From assembly GCA_030141605.1 (NCBI GenBank), contig JAQGDQ010000739.1, forward strand, positions 1 through 64,000: a stretch of 64,000 nucleotides of DNA, given 5' to 3'. This DNA is from Tubiluchus corallicola (taxonomy: Eukaryota > Animalia > Priapulida). The translations under genes were made by a program, and so were the position numbers. Numbering within the stretch: the stretch's first letter is position 1; each line of letters starts with the position of its first letter. Shown here in pieces: positions 11,297-21,559 of this stretch. The notes under the pieces are model-generated. The model saw only the letters and a program-made list of their open reading frames with translations, did no database searches and was not told the origin of the DNA.

Positions 11297-14200
11297 CTTT
11301 GCAGCTTACATAGGAGCTGTAAAACATGTAAAAAATAAACAAATATTCCGCAATTGATAAGAAAATACTTAGTTAAGAATTCCACATAGAAAATCCAGGG
11401 AAAGAGGATACGCAGCACCTAGAAATAACAAATGCATTAAGAGAAGAGTCAAACACACTCTACTTTTTGTACTCAACTTTTTGTACTCTTCTTTTAAAGG
11501 CACAGGAGATGTCTGCTGGTAGAGTCACATTTTTTGCAATTTTTTTTTTTGTGTCAGTGAATATATTTAAAAAGATCTTTCTTCAACTAAACAACAGCCA
11601 AGTTGACTATTTTAAAAATATTAAACTACAAACAAAATTCTGTGTATGTTAGTTGTACACAGACAAGCACTTAGGTAATGCTGTCATGATGTCACTAGCC
11701 TTCTAGCCTTATTTACAATGTTTTGCACAATGTACTATCATTGATCTAAAATTTGAAAAGTGCAAGTTTTCCTTTGCCACCAGTCCATTTACCCAGAATG
11801 GTCTTCTACTGGCACTCCAGACCAAATATAAAAGCAAAGAGAATTGAAAAAAGTCAAATAATATTGGTTGCAAAACATGGGCATCTTTTAAGTGTTTAGG
11901 AGTTTTTTCATTTCCAGACGTTTTCATCTGTCTCTTGACTAAGAAACTTTAATAAGTACTAGCGAAAATTATAATACTCTTTGTTTTGACAGTTTCTGAC
12001 TATGGGCCGAATTTTTTTCCCTCTGCTGAGACTAGTTTCTAAACTTTACTTAAACTTTGTCATGGAAATAAACTTGACCGCTTCCGACTACTGATTTTCA
12101 ACTACTTTTAAAGATAATTCACACTCCACTTGACAATGACCTGATGTCTTGTCTTTCGTCTTATGTCTAATAGTGAATAATTCACTTAGTTGGTGATTTG
12201 TATCGTTCGTTTAGCATCCACCGATGGTTTCTTGTCAAAAATCTGAACATGGTCATTGTTTTCTTATCTTATGTTTTCTTTTGACTTCTTTTTTCCTTCT
12301 GCTTTCTTTGTACTTACTGCAACATAGCTCTTCTTTATTCTCTTCTTTTCTCATCATCTACCTTCTTTATTTCACATCTAAAGGTGGCTTAACAAGGTCC
12401 CCTTTTTAGCTACCATGCAGCAAACTTCAACACCCTAATATAGTATTTATAAATCATTTTATTGATTTAGTTTTTTGCTGTTTTCAATTATACAAGAAGT
12501 TGTACATGTATATTTGTATTATTTGTAGTTTGCTGGTGAAACAAGCTGAATTTGATGGTCTCTAACAACCCAACGTATCACTGTCAGTAACGCAGCCTCC
12601 TAGAATCATGCCTTGCATAATAGTCGCGCATATCAATTACTATCGTTATTGTTAACGCTTGTTACCATCTAAGTCGGTCAAGTCGATTACTTCTACTTTT
12701 CTTACAGCTTTAACATGTACGACGAACAACAATACGGGAAATTGTTGCATGGGAATGTCATCCAATCCTGTTTTAGTGTCGATTCAAGTTGTGGTTTATT
12801 TCCTCACATTTTTATAATTCAATTTGAGAATTGTAATTATGAAGTGGTACTGAGAAGCCACTAGCTTAGCAGTATCTAGTTTTTTGCTGGACTATTACTG
12901 TGTTTGCTTGTAATTTTATTTTATTCTTTTATTTTAGGAGTATGCCTATGCGGCATGACTCTCTATAGTGCTATAACAGACATTGTGAGACATAATTATG
13001 CAAATTGGTATATTTATGAGGCTGATGATGATGATGGCAATGTTATGACCATTGTGGCATCAATGTGATCACACAACATCAATACGATGTTTAAATAATG
13101 TTATGTTTCATAATGTGGATAACGCCTGCAACTATCACCATCAGTTGCCTTTCCTGTGTCTAAATATAGAAACATGTAGTTATATTTTTAGATGAATACA
13201 ATGAATTATCACTTTAAAGTGTTTTTTTCAACGACTATAACCGCACCTTTAGTAATGCACCATGCAATAGCCATAACGACAATTACAAGTTGTAGATCAG
13301 GATTCGGACCTTCAATATTATTAACTACTGCAGCACTTTTAAATCTGTCAATAAGTTGTGTTGCTTCAACAATTTTCAGGGGCGTAAATTCCGTATATCA
13401 GCTACTATTCCTAAAAAATTGTTTCCGTCCATCTAATCGGCTTGCTTTTCTTTGATTGAATAATTTTAGATTGTGCCCACCTTTGCTTCGAAATTATCTC
13501 CCAGCATTAGGAAACTATACTACTAAATCGCCATCGTCGGAGCTTTTAATAATTTTGAAAAATCCATTAAACTTTGTTTGTTATTGCTAAGGTTTGCAGA
13601 CTCAAGTATATGCCACCCTAGGGCGTCATGGCAGACATTTAATAGGCATATTTGACCACCTTAACAAATGACAGCTCTTTTCTGCACATGATACCAAATA
13701 CCAAATTGGCATACTGAAAAAACATGTTAAAGGCATAATATGGATTTTTACTGCATCACTCTGCCTTATTGATTATTTCATAATGAGAACTTGCTTGTAT
13801 GCTAATATGTGTTAGTGGTTTTAAATCTTTTGTGATATTTTATACCTGTCATGCATTTATAATAAAAAGTATCATTACCAAATAATTAAACATGTGCTGC
13901 CACCTACACCTGATATTGTTTATTATTGTAATTTGACCCAAGTTTAATCCAGGTTGTGGCTTTGGTCTGTGCTGCTCAGCCATCTGTATCGGCTGAGCTT
14001 CCCATACATGGTTACATACCCTGCTAGTGAGATTCACTGGCCTGTCAGATAAGCTTAGTAAGTGCTTGTGACTTGAATAGCTGTGCCATGGCCAGCCTGA
14101 GGTGTTTTTCTTGCTGATTATTGCTGCTGCTAAGTTGTCACCATGTGTGCGTTTTTCTTTCCTGTAAATAATATGCATATTTATGTAGAGATTCATATTT

Positions 14201-14574
14201 ACAATAAAATACATTTTTCATTTTCCTCTTTGCTTTCTTCTTTAATTTCACTTTTTTCCTACCTGTTTCTTTTTCATCTTTCCACTTTATTTTTGTTTTT
14301 CCCTTTTCTTTACTTTTTCGTTATACGCTGCACTATTACAGAACAACTAATTTTCAAGATAAATAATTAATTTTCATAATAATTATGAATTATAAGCTTA
14401 TTACTATTAATGATGGTACAAACCCACAAATAACTGATTTTTGAAACTCAACTTGAAAAACAATTATTAAGATAGTTGAAAAATTTAGGACATAAATTGG
14501 TTTGAATTTGAAGCTGTAATACGCACAATGATAACCAGCTGCATAGAACAAACTTTAGACTGTTATGATCACTG

Positions 14575-14870
14575 GAGAACTACAGTTGTGGAGGACACTG
14601 AGTAATGCAAGGTCCTGGTTCTAATCCTGGCTGTGGACCCTGTTTTTTATATTTCCTGTTTTTCTCAACAACTAGTTAGCAGTAGATTAAATAATAAGAA
14701 TCCATTTTACTTGTGTGATGTGACATTAGAAAAGCTATGTTAGTTAGTAGTGGTGCTATAAAAATGAACATAAAACTGCCATGATCACTGGTGTCTGGGG
14801 AACATGGTGGTCTAGCGATTATGGCATTTGCCTGGTGACTGGAAAGTTTTTTGTTTAAATACAGGCCCTG
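14575..14870 (+). repeat. Degenerate tRNA-like (A/B box) repeat fragments; similar fragment at 50888-50955
   Basis: B-box-like GGTTCTAATCC and A-box-like TGGTCTAGCG, each preceded by ctg..atgatca; no intact cloverleaf. Confidence 0.3.
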
Positions 14871-15100
14871 CGTTCCAGTTTAATTTATTTTTTGCTTTTC
14901 TAGATTTTTATTGCTTCTAAGGTTTACTAACTGGTTAACTATGAATTTGTATCACGATTCATGACTATGATCAGTAACATACACACGTACCACACACATG
15001 CACGCACGCATACACTCGCAATGACTAACTCGCATTTATTTAAAGGCAAAAGCTAGGATGAGAACTGCTGGTCAACAAGCAGAATGAACTAAACGAAAAG

Positions 15101-16311
15101 ACCTTAAATACAAAAATCAAAGACTGAAACTGGTTAGAAACAGTTTGTTGCAACAAGTAAACCAAAGGTAGAAAATGTAAAGCGTATTAAGACAATGATG
15201 AAAACCAATAACAATGTACTGACTGAGCGTAATATGAAATCAAACAGTCAAACAGGACAAGACTAATGTTAAATTAAGACTAGAAGTCACGATAAATCTA
15301 AGGGAAACAACCAATAAGCCTATGACTGATGTAGGCAACTTGATCACTTGTAGATAAGTGTCAAAATGAGATAGAGCTTTGGATTGAACATGTGTATATA
15401 GTTGCCCTTAGCGATGGACACTGTAGAGCTATGTTCTGAAACCACGACAGTTACAAAAGGTCAAATATTTATAAATTTTCACACACATAATTATAACGAC
15501 TTAACATAATAATGGTGTTACGTGCAGCATAACTAACTGAGTGCAGAAGTATCTATTAATAGGTGAACATTATGCAGTACACAGAATGTAAATCATTAGG
15601 TACAGCATCCTCTCACTCCTAATCTTTATAGTTATTGTACGAGATGCCTGTTTTAACAGCTAGGCTATAAGCAATTATTATTCATAGTCTAAGAAAAATT
15701 GTTTTGGTACCTTAAATACAAAAATCAAAGACTCAAACTGGTTAGAAACAGTTTGTTGCGACAAGTAAAGCAAAGATAGAAAATGTAAAACGTATTAAGA
15801 CAATGGCGAAAACCAATAACAATGTACTGACTGAGCGTAATATGAAATCAAACAGTCAAAAAGGACAAGACTAATGTTAAATTAAGACTAGAAGTCACGA
15901 TAAACCCAAGAGAAACACCCAATAAGCCTATGGCTGATGTAGGCCACTTGAACACTTGCAAAAAAGTGTCAAAATGAGATAAGGCATTGGATTGAGCATG
16001 TTTATATAACTGCCCTTAGCGATGGGCACTGTAGAGCTATGTTCTGAAACCACGACAGTTACAAAAGGTAAAATATTTATAAATTTCCAAACACATAATT
16101 ATAACGACTTAACATAATAATGGTGTTACGTGCAGCATAACTAACTGAGTACAGAAGTATCTATTAATGGGTAAACTTTATGCAGTACACAGAATGTAAA
16201 TCATTAGGTACAGCATCCTCTCACTCCTAGTCTTTATAGTTATTGTACGAGATGCCTGTTGCCTGTTGCCTGAGCAATTATTATTCATAGTCTAAGAAAA
16301 ATTGTTTTGGT
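15101..16311. repeat. Tandem duplication of a 608-bp unit (15101-15708 and 15709-16311)
   Basis: Both copies start accttaaatacaaaaatcaaagact and end gtctaagaaaaattgttttggt, with high collinear identity. Confidence 0.95.
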
Positions 16312-16759
16312 TTTATAAAGACAGGTTATGTAAGAAATCTATAGCAAACCGTTTCCACAACCAATTGTTTTAACCTACTTACACTTACAGGTACACCTCA
16401 GAGCATAGGTAGGGTTAAGCATAAATAATCACTTTTTGCCCCACCAATATTGACTGGATGCTTTATTTGTGTTAATTATTCTGAAGGACATTACGATGGG
16501 TAGTTTGCTTACACATAGGTTATTAACCGCAAATCGAACATTGCTATTATTATTATTATTATTATTATTCTTATTATTCTTAGTATTATTACGTATCACT
16601 CAGTGGCAAAGACAAAGTGAATGCAATGTACAAGTCGTGTTAAAAGTGCGCAAAGTGGTACAGATAAGTTACAGCGATGATGTTAAACAATAGTGGTGAA
16701 TGCGCGAATTCGGCAAATTACTAGTGTTTAGCCAGTTGAAACTGAAATGTTGTTGAAAC

Positions 16760-16785
16760 GGTTTTTCCCATTTCGAGGTGACTCA
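16760..16785. promoter_or_regulatory. Candidate kB site (GGGAAAAACC, minus strand) next to an AP-1 site (TGACTCA), just upstream of the NF-kB ORF
   Basis: GGTTTTTCCC at 16760-16769 and TGACTCA at 16779-16785, 63-88 bp before the ATG. Confidence 0.5.
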
Positions 16786-16847
16786 TTAATTTGAGTAACT
16801 TGAGAGATGTAGTTTTTGACGCGATGGATAGTTTTGTTTTTAATTAA

Positions 16848-19598
16848 ATGGAGATAGAAATGGAAGAATCTTTAAACGAAAGTAGTTTGTCATCAGACTT
16901 GCTGTATTCACCTGTTGGAAGTAATTTTAGTGATGGAAAAGTAAGATCACCTTTTCTTGAGGTGATTGAGCAACCTTCAAAACACAATCATAGATTTCGT
17001 TATGCCACGGAGGCAGCTGAAGCAAGCCATGGAGTTCTAGAAGGTGAAAATTCTAAAAAACACCAAATTGGTGGAGAAACTAGACAGGGTAAGCCTAAGA
17101 AAACGTACCCATCTGTAAGAATACACGACTATGTAGGACCTGCAACTGTTCGCGTAACATTGGTCACAGATACGGATCCTACACAGTTTCATGTTCACTA
17201 TCTTGCGCAGATCAAAGAAAAAGAAAAAAGAGGAGTCAAAAAACAAACAAGTCAAGACTTACCACAAGCAGATCATGAATGTGGTAAACCTATATGGCAC
17301 GAAGTAGATGTTGACCAGAAAACTATGGTTGCAAGTTTAAACAAACTGTCTATCATAAAGTGTACAGCAGATCAAGGTAAAATGATTTTACTAAAAAGGT
17401 TGATGACAGAAAATGGTCTAGATCCTTCACTGCATTTAAAAAAATTAACAAATGGGAAGAAAAACACTTTCGTAATTGTTTGCCGTCAGCACGAGAAAGA
17501 AAAATGCCAGTATTCTGGATGTAAAGCACTGATAGATAGGATTTCCAATGTTCACGAACAAAAACAGAAAGAGTTCAAACAGTACGAAGATACAGTGAGG
17601 CTATTCTTCAAAGTAAACCTTCCAGGTGACACATGGTTGACTGCTGTGTCAACTGCAGTACACAGTAAACAGTCTGCAGCAAGTTTGCACATTGTTGAAA
17701 TTTCGACTTTCTGCGCACAAAGTACAGGGGGCAAAATGATTACTCTGTGTTCGAAAATCAGTAAAGCGAAGAAAAACAGTCTGCGCATACGTTACTATGA
17801 ACCAAAGAACGGGGGCTGGCAGAAATCGGTAGAGTGTACGAGAATTCATGAGAATTGTGCCCTGTCGCATGAGATTCCGGCATACACAGGACAATCTAAG
17901 GAAAGAGAACTGCATGTCAATATGCGTTTAGAATATGAGGACAACTTGGGAAACAGACTCGTTAGTGATCCTGTAGGATTTAAATACATTCAGGAAGAAG
18001 CAGAAGAGCATCAGAGAAAACGTAAACGGTCCGGTGACTCTGATTTTCAATATTACAGTCAAGGCTACAATATAAATAATGGTTTTCAAGGCCAGCCACT
18101 TAACGAGCAATCACAGCTTAGCCGATTTATGGCTTCAACTGCGCATTCACGAGGAGAAAACATTTCTGCTCTCGTTGGGGGTACTTTGTGCCCAGAAACT
18201 GCAAATTTTAGTCAGTTTTTAAATTCTGATGCATTCCTTCCTAGTGAGTCAGCAAACATGTATCATGAAGATCCGTTAGCTATGGCTGTGCAAAATGCCG
18301 GCTTAAAAAGTGAGAACGTGGATTTCGGCAATGAATTGGACAAATTGGATCCTAGTTTTCTTAATTTTCTACTCGGTCCAGAAGAGTACAAAATGCCGGA
18401 TATTTCTGAACCTACAAATCAAAAGGTTGAAAGTGATGAAGACCTTGAGGACGTAACAACTGATACAGGACAACCTGTACGAGAAACGCGCAAAATGCTT
18501 GAAGAAACGCTTAAATTTGAAAAGCAGGGTAGAGTACCCTATATACCTGTTCCAACAGACATGGTAAAGCAAAGCGCAGAAATATTACCCCGTATGTCTG
18601 AATATGCAGAATCAACTGCTGAAGCAAATGAGTTATCTGTTCAAGAAGTACAGAAGCGCCAAAGCAATATAAGCGCCCTAGATATCGCCCCAAAGCAATC
18701 GACTGTGACTTTTCGGAACTGGGAGAAAAGAATAAACCAAAATGGAAACAATCTACTACACTGTAGTGTGATACTAGGACGAGCAGATATGGCCAAACGA
18801 CTTATTGGTTGCACATCAGATGTGAATGTTGTAAATGTGCTCAATAGGAATAGGCAAACACCTTTACACCTGGCATTGTTAAACAACCAGTTAGATATAG
18901 TTGAGATCTTGCTTAGAGCTCATGCAAGCTTAAGCATCGTTGACAAACTTGGTAACACTTGCTTTCACTTGGCAGCAAAGCAAGCGAATCACGAAGCTAT
19001 GGGACTCTTACAGCAATTCTACTGCAAGAACCTTGGCATGTTTGATTCTGAGGATGGTATAAATACTCTAGACATCAAAAATGATGATGGTTATACTGCA
19101 GTACATCTAGCTGTGCTCTCAGGCAGCCTTGATTGCATCAGGCACATGCAGGCTGCCGGTACAGACCTTGTGATTGGCGATGGAACCGCAGGATGCACAG
19201 CGCTTCATCATGCCATAGAGATGGGTAATGCTGATATTGTTAAATATTTATTGGAAGAAAAGGTCAATCCAAATGTGACTTCATGGAAAGGTGACACGCC
19301 ACTTCATTTGACTGCTGCTAAAAACTCCTACCAGATAGCAGCATTGTTGATGTCATATGGAGCCGACCCCAACATACGTAATTCAAGCAGCAGAAGAACT
19401 GATGATGAACAGATTGAGTTGGACAGTGAAAATGAGCCTAATGATGTGATCGAAGTAGAGAGCAATGACGAACTACAGGGTGGTGGAGATGTTGAGCATG
19501 CAATCCTTAGTATTGACAGCAGATATGAATTGGGAGAAGCACCACGAGACCTGACCGAAGATGAACGCATGCTCCAAATCCTAAGTGGTGATTATTAG
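16848..19598 (+). CDS. NFKB1: NF-kappaB p105/p100/Relish-type precursor, divergent, intronless (RHD + IPT + NLS + ankyrin repeats)
   Basis: 916-aa uninterrupted ORF: LEVIEQP..RFRY..E..SHG..G, KTYPSV, YVGPATVRVTLVT, VRLFF, IPT (GG..ITLC.K), NLS RKRKR, six ankyrin repeats, an acidic insert and a partial 7th ankyrin as in p105. Confidence 0.93.
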   Translation: MEIEMEESLNESSLSSDLLYSPVGSNFSDGKVRSPFLEVIEQPSKHNHRFRYATEAAEASHGVLEGENSKKHQIGGETRQGKPKKTYPSVRIHDYVGPATVRVTLVTDTDPTQFHVHYLAQIKEKEKRGVKKQTSQDLPQADHECGKPIWHEVDVDQKTMVASLNKLSIIKCTADQGKMILLKRLMTENGLDPSLHLKKLTNGKKNTFVIVCRQHEKEKCQYSGCKALIDRISNVHEQKQKEFKQYEDTVRLFFKVNLPGDTWLTAVSTAVHSKQSAASLHIVEISTFCAQSTGGKMITLCSKISKAKKNSLRIRYYEPKNGGWQKSVECTRIHENCALSHEIPAYTGQSKERELHVNMRLEYEDNLGNRLVSDPVGFKYIQEEAEEHQRKRKRSGDSDFQYYSQGYNINNGFQGQPLNEQSQLSRFMASTAHSRGENISALVGGTLCPETANFSQFLNSDAFLPSESANMYHEDPLAMAVQNAGLKSENVDFGNELDKLDPSFLNFLLGPEEYKMPDISEPTNQKVESDEDLEDVTTDTGQPVRETRKMLEETLKFEKQGRVPYIPVPTDMVKQSAEILPRMSEYAESTAEANELSVQEVQKRQSNISALDIAPKQSTVTFRNWEKRINQNGNNLLHCSVILGRADMAKRLIGCTSDVNVVNVLNRNRQTPLHLALLNNQLDIVEILLRAHASLSIVDKLGNTCFHLAAKQANHEAMGLLQQFYCKNLGMFDSEDGINTLDIKNDDGYTAVHLAVLSGSLDCIRHMQAAGTDLVIGDGTAGCTALHHAIEMGNADIVKYLLEEKVNPNVTSWKGDTPLHLTAAKNSYQIAALLMSYGADPNIRNSSSRRTDDEQIELDSENEPNDVIEVESNDELQGGGDVEHAILSIDSRYELGEAPRDLTEDERMLQILSGDY

Positions 19599-20921
19599 AC
19601 TGCCGGCAATGATGTAATCTGAGATCACAACTATCAGCTCATGTGGACTTTTACATGACATGCCAAATTATTTGTAGGAATTTAAACGTTTATGCTTCCC
19701 GCATGTTTTGATGCAATTATATTTATAGTTTGTGCATTGCTGACTGGGCCTTTGTTGAACAAGATGTTACGATATCTATTTTTTATATACAGCCAATTCT
19801 CATTATAACATTCTCTAATGTTATTTGCACTTAGGCATGCAATGCCCATATTTTTGGCAAAACAAAATGTCTATATATGTGCTTAGACATGAAGGTATTG
19901 ATGCAGCTTTTTGTAATGCTAAACTTGTTTAAAACCACCATTTGTGAAAGTTTGTACATACCAGTTCTAATTCGTTTGTAATAATTGTACTATGGTACAA
20001 ATGCTATTCAAAAGTTGCTTTTTTCAATTCATTATGCAATGTCTATAATAAAAAGTAGGTTGCACATGTAATTTTTATTTCATAGAGTTATATGTAGTTG
20101 TGCAGTCAAGAAATTTAATGTATATGAGTTTAATGAGTTAGGCAAAAAGGATTTTAGATGCTGAGCTAGTCAAATTAGTTGAGTGAATGTATGTAGCTAC
20201 AGAGGCATTTTATGAATTAATTCATTTGTGATGTACATTAATACGTCTTTTTACCTACATGCTCCAAATGAGATTTAAATGTGATACTGTAGTTAGTATT
20301 TTGGCTGTAAAAACTAATGCTTAAATATTTATGCAGTTACTTAATAATTATAGATTACTAGCTACAGTTACTTGATATGAGTACTGGTTTGCTATTTGAT
20401 ATTAGCACTGTCTGTGTTATTGGTCCTTGGCAAGCTTTGCTTATGGCATTACACGTTTTGGGTTAAAACTTGCAGTCTTTGTTTTTTTGTGTGTGATTTT
20501 TCGCACTCTACTTATTTATAGTTAATAGTCTATAGTTAGGCTGATTGAACAAATGTTGCAGTTAAAGGAGAATTACAGTTGTTGTAAAAGTTAGTATTTT
20601 GCTATTTCGATGCCAAAGATGTTAATAAAAAATGATTCCAAATTATTATATATTGTCATTTGCGTTAGTTTCATTATCACTCGGTTGATACCCCATTTTG
20701 CGTTTCCAGAGAACAACTATTGTGTATTCATGAAATTATGATAAAGAGGTGGCTCCTCACTGTATCTGTGAATATTGGTTATTATCTATGATTCTCTATT
20801 GCATGTAGCTGATGTTGATCGGTAATTAATTTTTTGAAGATCGCTTAATACGAACAGGTACATTTATGACAGGGTTTTTGTGGTAATAAGGTGTCAGTGA
20901 TTATAAAATCGTACATATTAT

Positions 20922-21528
20922 TAGGGGTGGGCATCGAACATTCAGAGTTTTTTTAGTTTGAATTAGATTTGAACCTAAAATTATAGATTCAAATAATTAA
21001 GCAGTTCAACCACACGTAAAGATGGAAAATAGACGGGGTGACGAAAGATCAAGGTTCACCAAGTCAACTACTCCTATCCAAATTGAAAAATTGAGTAACC
21101 TATCAAATAAAGTATGTACAAATGAAAATAATCAGCAAGTTAGTAAAAAAATGAGACAACAAGTTCAAATGAGTTTAAATTTAGAAACAATAAATAAATT
21201 TGGCAACGAGTAGAGGCAAAATTTGAATTGGCAAACAAGACTAAAAATTACATAGTCTAAATTAAGAAACTCAGTCCAACAGAAGAAGAAAAAAAATGAA
21301 GCAGTGTCAAGTTATGAGATTTGAAAGCATCATGCATTTAGCACAGTTTAGCTGCGATTTCTGTGCACAATTTTCAAACAAATTGATCTTTGTAAGCTGT
21401 TTTTACCGGTGGTGCGAAAATCTTGCAAACACAATTCAAATTTGAAATATCGAAATTCGCATCGATTCAAATTCGAAAGTCACAAATTCTATTCCAACTC
21501 ACTTTCTGGTAGAGGATACTCACCCCTA
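20922..21528. mobile_element. hAT-type MITE
   Basis: Imperfect TIR TAGGGGTGGGCATC / GATACTCACCCCTA, subterminal TTCGAA-like repeats, decayed 8-bp flanks (catattat / cttattga). Confidence 0.6.
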
Positions 21529-21559
21529 CTTATTGAAGCTTGTAGCGAATATAAGTCAA

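Noticed and set aside
17037-19570. Several minus-strand ORFs overlapping NF-kB (and 44146-45307 overlapping SIPA1L)
   Set aside because: Antisense shadows of real coding sequence with no recognisable domains
21022-21213. 63-aa ORF as a transposase remnant
   Set aside because: Internal to a MITE and no DDE or BED motifs recognisable
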